A stretch of 64,000 nt of DNA from Klebsormidium nitens (taxonomy: Eukaryota; Plantae; Klebsormidiophyceae): positions 25,647 to 89,646 of the forward strand of contig DF237328.1 in assembly GCA_000708835.1 (NCBI GenBank). Direction: 5' to 3'. The translations under genes were made by a program, and so were the position numbers. The notes beneath the pieces are model-generated. The model did not search any database and was not told where the DNA came from. It worked only from the letters and a program-made list of their open reading frames with translations. Shown piece after piece: positions 51,201 to 63,983 of the stretch; position 1 is the first letter of the stretch, and each line of letters begins with the position of its first letter.

Positions 51201-52561
51201 CAACCGTACACGTTGAGGTTGGAGAGGGAGACGGAGCAAAACTTTTCGAAGTCGAAGTCGAGAACCTGCACAGAGGAGCGGACACTTTGGATCTTGAAAC
51301 TAAGACTGCAAAGAAAATGCACGTTCACAACAGATTGGAGGGAAAGATGGAGAAAAACTTTTCGAAGTCGAAGAGAGGAACCTATGGAAGGAGGTAGAAG
51401 GTTGGAACTTTGGATTGGTCAGTGTTTGTGTGAAATGTTATTGTTTGCGACAAAGTGGAAAAGCACATGAACTTCTGGAAGAAAGATGGAGCAGGGACGT
51501 TCAAAATGGAAGTAAAAGACCAGGAGAGGAGTGGTTGAGTCAGAACCTCTGGCACCTCTGACCTTCTTTTGCTTACGGGCCATTCAAACTCATTCAAATT
51601 CGCGGAGGGGGAGAGAACAGAGCTGTATGCAGGACCTAAAAAGATGAGCATAAAGACAGGCTTAATTCAGAGGGCATGTAAGAGAAGAAGTGTGAGAGAG
51701 TAGGCGCTCTATGAAGTAAACACAAGCGAAAGGACTTCTTTTACATTCTTCAAATTGCACATTTTGTGATCTGAAAGGTGGTGGAAAATGAAATACTTCA
51801 AACATACCCAATTTATTTTTGAAAGCTGGGGGAAGTGGGAAGCCAGAAGAGTTGTGCTAGGCAAGACTTAGAGATAGTGGAAAACGAACCGCAAGCGACC
51901 AGAACAGCCTTTTAGCATCATGCGCTGTGCTTTGATTAGCAGAATACATGTTGCTTTATGCCCTCAGCAACCATCAACCAACTGAGCCTCTGATTCAAGC
52001 GAGGCACCAGTCCAAAACAGCGTCCAGACCTCTCACACTGGCCTTATGCGAGCTTCTACTGAAGTTTTGGAGACTCCTTTGCAGAAAGTGAGCACTATTT
52101 AGCAAAACGACTGAGCATTTCACTTCGCCATTGGAGCCGGAAAGTGCTAAACTGGACAACCAATCAGCTGACCACCAATCGAACATGGTGTACATAATCT
52201 CCCAATTGCTTCTTTCCTTCCTCACATGACAATTTCCGACATCTGGATGGATGTTGATTCCTTAATGGTCCAAAAATGCTTGGTGGTCGAGAAGGATTCT
52301 TCGGATGAAACCTTCAGAGACTTGATCATGAAGACCACCAGATCACACAGACAGAAAGCCTCTCACCTGCCGGTTGACGGTGGCCAAATAGGGACACTCT
52401 CTCCTCAATTCAACCTCCCTTTTCTTCACCCTTCCCCCCAGCCTTGCCAACGCTCCATCCGCATCTGTGTCCGAATCCTCTGCATCGTCTTTACTTGCGG
52501 CAGCTTGCTGCTGCTCTGCCTCGGCTGCTGCCCCCGCTTCGTCTTCTCTTGCTCGCTTCAT
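45249..52561 (-). CDS. USP39: U4/U6.U5 tri-snRNP-associated protein 2 (USP39/Sad1), catalytically inactive USP with ZnF-UBP, about 502 aa
   Basis: Exons 52561-52367, 51265-51021, 50664-50580, 49653-49468, 48645-48475, 47647-47447, 47125-46960, 46209-46056, 45354-45249; all GT-AG and in phase (1509 nt). Motifs: CPYLATVNRQVLDFDFEKFCSVSLSNLNVYGCLVCGKYFQGRG, GLNNISETDS (Asp replaces the catalytic Cys), VSPHEFLQAV, LPPPPLFKD, EKNPTIVNFP, YELQDLHV. Confidence 0.97.
47750..48310 (-). repeat. Tandem array of 4-5 echo copies of the USP39 exon 6 acceptor, including a CTGAC branch-point-like motif
   Basis: Exon-like starts at 47795, 48017 (AG mutated to AC), 48166 and ~48298, with a partial copy at 47890; GAAGCAGCTGACGT recurs on the minus strand. 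Confidence 0.92.
49715..50085 (-). repeat. Tandem array of four echo copies of the USP39 exon 4 acceptor
   Basis: AG|GT(T/C)G(G/T)GCTGAACAACAT at 49754, 49863, 49973 and 50073 (live 49653); period 100-110 nt. Confidence 0.95.
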
Positions 52562-53246
52562 TGTGCTGCTTGTGGGAAAACGGGAGATTTTCCCAAAAAA
52601 GGCTAGCTCACCCTCCACCAAAGCCTTTGCTTTCCAGCCGCTGCAGCTTCTCCAGTCAGTACTAGTAGACTGTCTCTCCAGTTCACTGAGTTGTTGAGCT
52701 ACAATTTACAAACGAAGATGAATCTCAAGGGGTATTGTTCAGGGCGGGTGGGAAATTATGAGAGAGATTGGAATATTGACTTGTGTAGACCCCCGAGTAA
52801 ATGCCGTAACATCGGTGACGACGAAGACGCCCAAAACTGAATAGCTGCCGTTTCTAAGCAATATCCATTACCGGGTAGACAAATTCAGCTGCGGCCCATG
52901 AAAAACGACATTGAAATCATCATTTATATTACATACCTAAATTTCTAAGCTAGCAAGACGCAGCTGATAGAAAGGCTCGCAAGTGTGGATGCTGTGCATT
53001 GCATGCGCAAAGCATGAGTTACTGTATGAGTAGATTCCGCAGCAGCCTGTGTGATTTCTCTTGAGTAGCTTTTCAGCCTTCTGTTGAAAAGTGTTCGAGA
53101 GAAAAGGACAGCTGCTACTTTAAGCCAGTCTTTTTACTACAGGCTGCGCTGTCGCGAACGCTGTCAGCAGTTGCAACCTTGCTCTGAACAGGAGCTGAAG
53201 GTTGTGTGAATTGACTCTTGAGCAAGCAAGCAAGCAAGCAGTCGCC
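52562..53246. promoter_or_regulatory. Probable bidirectional promoter between USP39 (-) and CCB2 (+)
   Basis: Divergent ATGs at 52561 and 53247, with 685 nt between them. Confidence 0.55.
53221..53240 (+). repeat. (AGCA)5 microsatellite immediately upstream of the CCB2 ATG
   Basis: agcaagcaagcaagcaagca, ending 6 nt before ATG 53247. Confidence 0.9.
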
Positions 53247-56200
53247 ATGGAGGGAGTTTGTCGCTGTTCTTGGCAGTGCACGCCCTTTTCTAGCTTCGCT
53301 ACCACCACATCAAACCAATCTCCCAAATCGGCTAGAAGTAAATCATCGGGTAGCCCCCCCTCAGCTAGCGGACACCTCCCTCTTCTGTCCAGTTCCAACC
53401 AGCGGCTTTGTCCTGCATCTCAAACTAGATGCAGAGGAATTGCCAGAAGGCTGCGAAGCGCGTTTCTCAGTCCATGGCAGCTTGCTTTGAAATCGGAGAG
53501 GACACCAGCTCGATGGCGCTCTCAAAAACATGGCGTAGTGCGGTCATTGGCTAAAGAACAGCGGGGGGGATCTTCACAGAAGGAGCCAGAGCTGGACGTG
53601 GCCGTCTTCCGCTTCACCTTAGGTGAGAAAAAGTAGTTTGAAACTGGGAGGTGCGCCTTATTGGTTTGCGTTCACCAGTCGATAGGGAATAGTACTTTGG
53701 GAACTTTGAAGTGGCGCCAATCTCTTGTGCCGTATGCAGTCGGTGTCAAGTGGCTTCATTCTACTGGAATGTACCACAGGAGGTTTCTGTGTGTGCACTG
53801 ATCCTTGTAAGAGGATCTCAGCAGTTGGGATCATGAGTTGTAGCCAAATCAACAAAAACTCAATAAAAGTAGTCAAATGCAGATGGCTTCTTCACGAGAT
53901 CACTCTTTGACAACTTTTCACCGGCCCCAATCATTTGCTTACCTTAGGAGATCACTGAGGGAACACTGGGCATCATCAAGTCATTGCTTGTGACTGATTG
54001 TTTGGCCGTTCTCTTGATTTGTAAATCAAGCTTTGCGTCAACACCACAAGTTTTGCTCCTTGCAGGGATCCCAGGCGTTGAGGACGCCCTTCTGCCAAGA
54101 ATCCTAGGTTGTTTGGTCGGGGTGCTGCTCGTGGGGAACCATTTGGCTACTCCAGCCCCCATAGCCGACGCCCAGCTAGTAAGCAGATTGAGAAGCTCAT
54201 ACTGAGCAGATTGAGTAGACTCCTGGCTGCAGAAAATTTTACAGTGCGCTTCAACTGATTCTGGGGTGTCCTTGTTGAAAGTTGGTTTCTGCTGTGTAGA
54301 TCCCACAAGTAGAACTGTATTCGCTTTCGCTTTGCAATCAACAGTGTTATGAGTTACGTTATTATCAGGTTTCGAATTACGTAGCACCTCAAACGAGGTT
54401 CGTCGGTTCGTTTTAGTTGTCAGCTCATCGGTCAGAGGGTGAACTAGGCAAGTCGAAAGCTCGTTTTAGTGATGTACGCAAGTGTTTGCAGGATACGTGT
54501 TTGAAGGGTACGTGTTTTGAAAGGGCATGGATTGAGCACGGACATTCGCAGTCTTTCCAACGTTTTGTTGAAAAGCTTCAGTGTATTCAGTAGTTTCTCA
54601 GCCACAGGGTGTAGAACCTGGGTTCTTAAGGTTCAAAGTGTTGTTCCACGTCCTGACGGATATTACTCGACCTTCATCGAGATTGCAACCTCTCATCTTA
54701 CGAGAGGAAATTGTCTGTGCAAAAGGCGGAGTTGGGTACTTGCAAAGTGCACCCTCTGCACTCATTGTAGAGTCTTTGCTTAAAATCGACCAAGCTGATA
54801 TCATTCTTGACCATGCAATTCGCTGACCGTCGTTCCTCTTTTCTCAACAGAGGTCAGAAGCATTAGGCGCCATTCTCGCAGTGTTGGCGTGCATAGTCCC
54901 TTCCATCAGTCGACGCCTGCAGGTGAGGCAAACGACGTGTCGAACAATCGTAAACGACGGTGTTTACGATTTGCAGCCGCTCTTCTCTGTCAGCGTTGTT
55001 ACATTGGTCGTTCCTCCCTTTCCCTTCCAAATCGACCGGAAGCCAAAGAAAGCCAAGAAAAGTTCCCACCAAATCTTGACAGTCCTCTTCCAGTAACCGG
55101 TCCGGATCCAAGCCCGGTCCAACCGTAGACGTCTCGAGAGCCTTGTTTCTTGAGACTACGACAGAGTCAGAAACTACTGAATCACAATTTAATCGTTTGA
55201 TTACCCCTGAAGACTCGCTTCACCATTCTATACACTCGTTTTCTTACCTGATTCGTTTGCTTCGGTTTCTGTTGGGTTTACGATTCCATTAACCCCTTGG
55301 TTTGCAGGAGGGTAAAGGTGGGCGGCGCGCCAGCCCCGACGAATTGGACGGCACGAGCCAGCGGGTGTTCGCTCTAGATCCCACTCTGCCTGACGTCATC
55401 AAGCAGCAGCTGGCGTGGACCACGTACAGTCTGCTCAAGAACACCCGCACTAACTTGGTGGTGAGTGTTTTGATTTGCGGGTCGCACCTTGTTCGGCAGG
55501 CGCCAGAGGGATTCCTCAAGGACGTAGCCCACTTTCATTACGCATGCAAGCAATTAAAGCATGTGCGTTCGACAGACTACCTTGTATGCCGAGCCGACGA
55601 TCCGTCGATTCAACACAGATTCAACGCATCGTCCCGGTAGCTGCTTCGCGTCCGAGTGTCCGAGTGCGTGCAAGACGACTCGATCTTTTGGTTGAAACAT
55701 GCAGAGACCGCTTTCATCTCACATTGGCTGTGATACAAGTGACAGACGCCTGTGCAATATCAATTGATTGCAAGCGACATTGCCTTGAAGCACAGCAAAT
55801 GGATTGCTTCTAAACACCGGGCTTCGCGTTGGATTCTGTGGTTGTGAGACTGATCGAAAAGCTGGCAGTTTGTTCAGAAGCAAGAGCTGCAGGTCGGTGA
55901 CAGTACTTGGGATACCCACCGATGTCATGGACAAATTCCCCCACTTTTTTCGATCTGCAGCTCATAAGCGATGGGCGTCGAGTAGTCTGCGCTCGAGGAG
56001 CGGTCTCTGCGTCTATGCCAACCCCTTTGTTGCAGTTACTAACGGAATCTCTAGAAGAAAAGCTTGTGAAGGAGGTCCTGCGGACTAAACGCTACCTCTC
56101 AGACCGGGGAGCTCTTTCCTCAGCAGGCAAGCCCCCATGCAGGCTATCCCACTGACGTACATCAACTTTCTCCTTTTGTCCGTCCTTTTTTAAGTATGGC

Positions 56201-56934
56201 CTCCTCACTTCACGTGCTTTTCCCTTCGCCTGTTAGTTGCTGTTGATAAGAGCGCGGTCGGATGGTAGTTAGATAGGACTATTTGTGCTCAGTCGGCTCG
56301 ATAGGAGAAACGAGAAGGTGTCTTAGCAGGTTTGGTTGATTGGCCTCAACAAAATGACCGGTTGAGACATGTGACGGTGAAGACAAGCCGTGAAACAATC
56401 GGCCGTCGCAAAGTTGGACTCAGGACGGAAACTTCGAACCAGTTGTTGAACTCAAAACGACGGGATTTTGTTCCGGAATGATGATATACTAAATGTAGAC
56501 TTGCCAGCTTGTTTTGCGGGGCAATCATTGTAGGGCACTGCCAGGAGACCTTGGGAAGGCTTTGGTGAGCCAATCTCAGACAAGCGCAATCTATGCCTTT
56601 AGCAAACGCACCAGTTATTAGGGCTCAACCAGAATTTGTAAGCACTACCGGACTGGCTGTTAAAACGATACTGGTCTATGTCAATGCAGGCGTAGATAGG
56701 TGGAGCTTTGTTCCGTCAAGTGTTCGCTCCGCGTGTTTTCAAGCAGTTCCGTCGCCGTCGAACGGGACCATAATGCTCTTTTCGGACGAGGACCGCTTCT
56801 TGTTACCAAAAGATAGGATATGGGTTGAAGGACTCGCGAGCCGCCTTTTTGCGAGCGAGCACAAAGAGGAACCGTCGAGGAATCCAGAGCAAGTTTCAGA
56901 AACTGCCACACAAACGACAGTCAATTCTCGTTGA
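53247..56934 (+). CDS. CCB2: Cofactor assembly of complex C subunit B CCB2 (cytochrome b6 haem ci biogenesis; HCF208), about 374 aa with a transit-peptide-like N-terminus
   Basis: Exons 53247-53622, 54066-54178, 54851-54922, 55308-55460, 55961-56126 (GC donor), 56690-56934; in phase (1125 nt). LDVAVFRFTLGIPGVEDALLPRILG..NHL..AQLRSEALG..LAWTTYSLLKNT..KDRIWV matches the CCB2/CCB4 pattern as I recall it. The N-terminus is Ser/Arg-rich. Confidence 0.88.
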
Positions 56935-58133
56935 AGAAAGCTTGTCACTCATGCGAACCCGCTACAAGCTTTGCCTTTGGGCAAACAGCTCGACGGTTGG
57001 CAGGTTCAGTGGAAAACTCTCTTCTGCTCTTTGCCTAATGCATCAGCGGAGGCTGGCGCGAGCTGTATGAATCTGAGCTCAATGGGATATGGCATGTAGC
57101 CAGCTTTTCACGTCTCTGCTGGTGGGCGGCCTACGTTATTGAGCCGCGCGCCGATCTGCAATGCCGCAATACTTGTGAAGATTACCTAAAGCACATGTGT
57201 CATATACGGTATACATAGTCGCAAAGACCTTTTTCCGCGGCCGAATTGTCTTATGTACGCTATGATTTCTGTGTTATTTCTTTGGGAGTGTGACACCTCA
57301 AAGAGTATAACGAGATAATACGTAGCTGTGAAGTCGGCGCCCATGCACGGCCGCCCCCTTATATCTGTACGTCGTGCACAGCGTGCCAATACATACGCGC
57401 GCGGCCCGTCTATGCGGCGCGCTAGGCTGCATGCCGTACTGCATTCATATACGCCATGCACGTCCGGACCTGATATCATGTCGGACATAATTGAATGGCC
57501 TATTATGTATAATTTGACAATTTTCTAGCTTAAAGGCCGATCGGACATATAGTGCCTGGGCGCGGCACGTACTGAGGTGCTCGCGGCATTGAAAGTGGGT
57601 GGAAACCGTGAACGACCATGCAATCTGCGTGTCCGACTGTGACTTGCATGATTCAATAGTTTCTGCATGAAGCTATCATTAGCCGGGGACTCGAGGCCCC
57701 CGTAGAACCTTCTAGCGTCTGCAAGTAATGTGGCACTGCATGGATGGACATGATCGATCATGAAGTATTTCAAGGTCGATAACGTTTCTATTACGCGTCT
57801 GGCAGTGCCGGCCAAATACGCGTACCGTTGATCACGTCGTACGCAAGACGCGATCAATGAAGAATATGATTACCTCGCTGACTGGGCTAGCTAGCAACGA
57901 AAGAATGAATCTAGCAATGGCGAGTGCAACCGGCCGCCCAATATGGCAGACGCTGGGGCAAAGAAGCGCATGCCAGCTGCATGCAACTTCTCTCCGTATG
58001 CTTTCGACGAAGTTTACTCGCTCTATAGCACCTAAGGAGCCGGTTTTGGCTCGCGCATCTAAGCAGCTCTATTTTCGAAATCCCCAACGCTTCTCTCGTT
58101 TGGGAGCAGCCCACGAAGCCACGTGGAGCACTC

Positions 58134-59819
58134 TCAAGTGCTGCCAACATCAGTGCAGACGTCCGCGACAGTGGCAGTAACACTCGGCTGAGCGAACGCT
58201 ACTCGTTCCTTAATCGCCGATTCAAATGCGACTCTGAAGTCCTTCGAAGACTGCCCTAGTCTCCGGCGGCCAGTGCCAAACGCCCGAATCGTGTAGCGCC
58301 CTTGTGACTGCTTCGGAGAGAAGCCAAGACCCCTCCAGAACGCTCTGTGACTGCGAGCCGGCAGCCGTTCCGCTGCTTCTTCGGCGCTGATTGACTGGAA
58401 ACACGAAGGACGGCACACGGTGTGTATTAGCGGCCGGTCCTACATCCTTACACCGCATCCCCACATGTCTACCACAATCAACAAAGATACCGCTCGAGCA
58501 TTTTCGTCACTGGCTCTGTGTCAAGATCTTCGTAAGGAGCAAAAACAAAGCACGCTCGGTATCACTCTGTTTTGAGAAGGTGACCCATGGCTGAGAAGAC
58601 TGCAAAGGCAGTTCTGAGGAAAGTGACTGATTCTTTGCCACACCGTCGGATTCGATGACGTGGCGAGGCTTGGAGCTATGCTGACAGGTCACGCTCAAGG
58701 CTTTGAACATCGGACGTTATCGCTTCCAAGGGTTTCTACTCTGCGAGTTTCAATAATATCCAGCCTGCCTGACCTGCGGCGCCCGTCGCACAGAATCTAG
58801 CGCTCCGCTTTCGAGACGAAAAGCACGAGTTCGTGAAACGAGAAGGGCGACATGTCGCACGCCTCACCGCAGTTTGCCAAAGCCCAATCGGCAGGTCGTC
58901 CGGCAGTAGATCCAGTCTGGGCGGAAACCCGGCCGCAAGCTGCATCACAACTGATGGAACGTGGGTAGGAAGGAAGTCTCCGCCTTCGACCGCCATTGAA
59001 ATCATGGTATCATGAGAAAGTATTTCCAATTTCACAATCTATTTTCTGAGAGTCTTAGAGCTCAGGCCTGTCCTAGCACAAGATGGAGAAAAGCTTCCAG
59101 AAGAAAAGGTCCTGGAGCTATCAGATATCTGGTTGCTTGTCAAAGTTCGCTGCGTGGATATTTAATTAGCGAGACTGCCTTTGATTCTTCAACGAAAGTG
59201 TCGACTCAAAAAAATCTCGATCCTTGCAAGTACTTCCAATAGAAGCGGAGGGTGGCGTATTCATCACGTCTGCTGGTGCAGAGAAGCTGCCCATCCTTAA
59301 ATCTTAAATGGTCGACAGATGGCTCATGGAATCGCGTTTGGCAGGTTCCAAAATATGCGATCGTACAACTAGTCGACAGGCCGTTTGCGCGTTATGAAGC
59401 ATGAAGCTTGCAGGGAAGATATCCCTCGAGAGAAAACGGCAAAGGATAGAGGCATGTAGATGATTCCACAATACTAGGATCTCCCCGACGGCCATTCTCA
59501 AAGAAGCGAAGCTGCACCTTCGTGCATTTGGAAGCATACTGAAAGCCTTCAAACACAACCGTCGTCGATCCAGACGGAAAATCATGTGCGCTTCTCTTAT
59601 CAGACGAAGTTGCAATCAGGCCTGCAGTCCGCTTACCATGCCGTTCGCCTCTCGTTCCGCCTCTTCGACCGCTGCGAGCGCATCGTTCCGCTCAGTCACT
59701 CGCTCATCGTGCCGTGGCAAACCTAGCTCGGCCTTTGACTCTTCCGCCTGCTTTCGAATCTCGTTCATGTCGAATTTGACGGGAGCCGCTGTTGCGGACT
59801 CTAAGGACCTCTCCGGCTT
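58134..59819 (-). CDS. Probable downstream exons of the 60367-63728 gene (or a separate, partly decayed gene)
   Basis: Phase-0 exon candidates with AG/GT ends: 59819-59637 (KPERSLES..EANGM), 59038-58868 (IVKLEIL..GLWQTA) and terminal 58394-58134 (SISAEEAAE..FWRGLGFS..). The intervening 59540-59100 reads as protein-like but contains stops, so the structure is unresolved. Confidence 0.4.
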
Positions 59820-60366
59820 CTGTGTAAGCAAAGGATTGGCACGTCAGCATCTAAGATTTGGGTGTACATGACTTTCTTGAGACGACTGCAGAAGAAAGTC
59901 TCTTTTAAAGCGGAGACGGAGCGTGACAAGAAATAAGGTACGTACCAGCGCTGGCTACGCAATGCTGGGCTGCTAACCTGTCTTGTAACGAATGCAGATA
60001 TTGCCTGTTTGAAGACGAAGGTTTACCATAGATTCGTGCCAGCGCGATTGCTGGGTTACAGGCGATTTGACTCTCCATATTCTCGAAAGAAGGTGCGTGA
60101 CCATGCCCACTGTTCAAAAACGCTTCAAATCAACATGCTGTATCGACCAAAAGTCAATGTTATTCGGACACACTTGTTTGAAAGGCTTCTCTTTACATCA
60201 CCAAAGCCGCTTGGACGACGCACTCTCAACTCATTTTTCGAAGGTAACATAAAACGTGAAGCAGAAAAGCCCAGCAATCGACCCCGATCTCTGACCAAGT
60301 GACTTGACACTGATCTCTGAACAGATTTGCCTACACAGGATCAAAATACGTATTTGGATTCCTTAC

Positions 60367-63300
60367 CTTCAAGGAGCAAGTTGATTCGTCTTCCCCTCTC
60401 TCTAAGTGCCCCTCCTCCCTCCGAGGACTGGACAACCCGCAGTCCGGCATCTGTGCGCTCTCTGTTATCACCGGTTTTAGCAAAGGAGACCCTTCCTCTA
60501 AGGCCTCCACGCTTGTCTCGCCCCCGCACGACTCAGACGTTGGCATCACCCCGTCCGATGCTGACGTCAGCTGCTCCTCCGCCACGCGAATTCCAAGTAT
60601 CTTCATCAACCTGTCCGCGCGCTCGAGTGCTTCCTCTAAGCTGCCCCCGCGACAATCGGCCTCGAGGGCCCTCTCCCCGGACTCTGCCGTCCTCATGCTA
60701 GTTGCCGCACACTCCTCTTCTGCCGCTTTTTCACCCTCAAGCGGCTCATGCCGCTCCCTCTTCCGTTCGACCACCCTCACCCGTGTGTCGTCTTCTAACT
60801 GCGCCGCTTGATTCTCGGCGTCGAGGGCCCTCGCCTCGGCTTTCACGGCTCTCGTACTAGTTGCCGGACGCTCTACTTTCGCGGATCTCAAACTCTCAAG
60901 CAGCACACACGGCTCCCTGGTCAATTCAGCCACCCTTCCCTGCTCGCCGTTGAGGGCTACAGCTTGATTCTCCGCGGCTCTCATTGTACACTTCCTTTTT
61001 GAGGTTCTCAGGCTTTCAAGCAGCTCACAACGCTCCCTGTTCGATTCAGCCACCCTCTCCTGTTCTTCGTTTTCTACCTGCGCCGCTCGGGTTTCGACCT
61101 CAACCGCTCTCTCCTCGGCTTCTGCCGCTCTCACGCTGATTGCCGCACACTCCTCTTTCGAAACCCTCAGACTCTCAAGCAGCTCACACCGCTCCTTAGC
61201 CAGGCCAGCCACCCTCTTGCTTTCTTCGCTTCTAAACTGTGCCGCTCGGCTTTCGACCTCAAGCGCCCTCTCCTCGGCTTTCGCTGCTCTCACGCTAGTT
61301 GCCGCACACTCCTCTTTCGAAACCCTCAGTTTCTCAAGCAGCTCACACCGTTCTTTAGTCAGTTCAGCCACCCTTTCCCGTTCTTCGTTTTCTAAGTGCG
61401 CCGCTCGGCTCTCTGCCTCAAGCGCCCTCTCCTCGGCTTGCGCCGTTCTTGCACTAGTTGCTGCACGCTCCTCTTGCGCGGCTCTCAGACTCTGAAGCAG
61501 CCCGCAACGTTCCCTGGTCATTTCAGCCGCCCTCTCCCGTTCTTCGTTTTCTAACTGCGCCGTTCGGCTCTCCGCCTCGAGCGCCCTCTGCTCGGCTTTC
61601 GCCGCCCTCATACTAGTTGCCGCACACTCTTCTTTTGCGGCTTTCAAGCTCTCAAGCAGCTCGCAACGCTCCCTCTTCAGGTTCGCAACCCTCTTCCGTG
61701 CTTCGCTTTCCACCTGTGCCGCACGACTGTCCGCCTCCCGGGCCCTCTGCTCGGCTTTTGCTGCCCTCAGAATAGTTGCCGCACGCTTGTCTTCTACGTT
61801 GCCCAAAGCGTGAAGCAGCTCGCAGCGCTCCCTAACGAATGCCGCCAACTTCTCCTTTTCTTCGATTTCCAACTGCGCCGCTCGGCTCTCCGCTTCGCAA
61901 GCCCTCTCCTCGGCGCTGGCCGCTCTCACGCTAGTTGCCGCACTGTCCTCTTTCGTGGCTTCCAGACACTCAAGCAGGTCGAACCGTTCCCTCATCAGTT
62001 CAGCCGCCCTCCTCTCAGCGGCCGCAGCCCTCCGACTTGCCGCAATGCACCCTTCCCTCGCTGCCATCAAACGCGTGATCAACGCAGAATGCTCACTTTC
62101 CAACTCGCCCAAACTTTTCACAGCTATAACCCGTCCCTTCTCCGCGGTGGTTAACCTGGTCGCCTGCTCTTGCAGTCTCTTCTCGGCGCTCCCCCTCGCG
62201 GCCTCAGCCGTCGCTAGTACCTCCTCTCGTTCCAACAGCCTCGTCTCTGCGATCTGTTTCAGTGCCTCCGCCCCTGCGAGCTTTTCTTCCCCCTTGCCGA
62301 CACCAGCGACCAAAGACGCCGCAGTCTCCTGAGCAGAAGCTTCTGGCAACTTCAGTAACTCTGTCGCAACTAGACTGGGCCTTGCTCCAGCCAATGTCTC
62401 TTCCAACCACGAGACCCGCCCTTCCAGACACAGTCGCACTACTTCTGACTCCGTTTGGAGCTCCGCAATCCGTTTCTGAGCAATGGCCGCCTCTGCCTCT
62501 GCTGCAGTTAGGCGTGCCCTCAGTTTCGCCAGCTCGCTCTCCAACTGTGCTTCCCTTCCCTGGACAACGCACGCCAGCGTATCCCCCCACTGACAGAAAT
62601 CTCTTCTATCTTGAACACGTCTTCTTCTTCGGCCTTCTCTGCTTTGGGGACTCTCTCAGTGTCGATTACCTCCTCTGCTTTGGACATCCCCTCTGCTTCC
62701 GTCAGCCCCTTCGCTTCCGACACAGTCTCTACTCCAAAAACTTCCTCGGCCCCACAAAGCAGATCAATCTCTTCCAACCGCTCCGCGACCGACTCCCGCT
62801 CGATCTTGGAAGACCGCTCCGAATCAGCCTCGACATTGACCCCCGACTTGCCCCCTTCTTTCTCCAACCAGTCCCTGAACTCGAAGTCACAGCCATCCTG
62901 CTTCAAAGGCACCAGGCGTTTCCCACTCTCTAGCATCAGCTCAAATCGCTCCCTATACCACACCTTTGGTTTCCTCCCACTTCTTGACAAGTATGCTTCC
63001 GCATCCCAGCCTGTCACTTTGCAGAAGAACTTCTCAATGTTGGCAAGCGAGTCGGTTGTGAACCTACCAAGCAGATTGCGAGTCAACTCCTCGGCCCGTT
63101 CTTGAGTGTACGGACACTTCGGAAGCGAGACGGAGCTTGGCAGGGTGCGAATGGGCGCCTCGTTTGAATCTTCCATGTCTTGGACAATGTGCCCGTCACT
63201 TTCTCCATCATCCCAAGGAGTGATTCTCAGCCGTTTGCACGGACTTCCGAGTGCGCCGTCTGTTTTCAAGCACGCTGTCCCCTTTGAATCCACCGACTTT

Positions 63301-63728
63301 CGCCGCTTCTTACTGCCCCACTTGCCCTGCGCCGCTCCCCCACATGATTCATCGCAGTCCGGGAAAAGTGCCAGGACGTCCACCGGTTTGATGACCTTCC
63401 CCCCACCTTTGTGGCCCTTCTTTCCAGACACTTTTCCTGTGCACGTAGGGGCCACATTGCTTGATGAAAGACGGGCCCTTTCTAGTGCTTCGTCTGCGCC
63501 ACTATCTGGTAGATGTTTGCAAGGACTTAGAGCAGCCTTATCCTGGTCTTCCTCTCCCCCTGGGGTGGTAATGTGTATTGAGTCAGAGCCAAAGGTCGAA
63601 ACCTTGGTGCTGTAACTACTTCTGCCAAGGCTGCTCGCAATGCTGCGGTTGCAGTGGCCCCACTCCCCATTGAGGCCCCATCTGAGAGGCGGCATTTGGC
63701 GTATGGCAAAGCCACAAGTCTCAAGCAT
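60367..63728 (-). CDS. Unknown large protein: low-complexity/globular N-terminal half (ORF 62520-63728) fused through a 1-nt frameshift to a long coiled coil with ~53-aa tandem repeats (ORF 60331-62544)
   Basis: Two long overlapping ORFs (402 and 737 aa) with coding-like composition. Adding one G at the C6 run 62583-62588 gives a continuous ..EEISVSGG-DTLACVVQGREAQLESELAKL... The ORF ends at a strong donor AAG|GTAAGG at 60367/60366. The true start codon is uncertain (63728, or spliced from 63909). Confidence 0.7.
60800..62000 (-). repeat. Coding tandem repeat, about 9 copies of a 53-aa (159-nt) unit
   Basis: The unit ERCELLESLKAAKEECAATSMRAAKAEQRALEAESRTAQLENEERERAAEMTR is visible repeatedly in ORF 60331-62544; copy 7 is shortened and the last is partial. 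Confidence 0.93.
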
Positions 63729-63983
63729 TGCACATGTAACTCAAAGCGCCAGGCTTTGGCAAGGTGAGAGCTTTTGAACTTGCCGCAGCTCGATCTGCCG
63801 CAGAAACCACACAAGACTGTGAAGAGCTCTTCTGAAAGGCGCCCAGGGCCACGCACTGTGCTTCTGTCAAGGATCCTTCTTCTGTACATTCATCGATTTG
63901 ATGGGCCATTGGGCCCTCTGCATGCTTAGCCGCTAGCGTGGCGCGGTACTCAGAAAGCTGCCCCGCTAACTAGGCACTTTACC

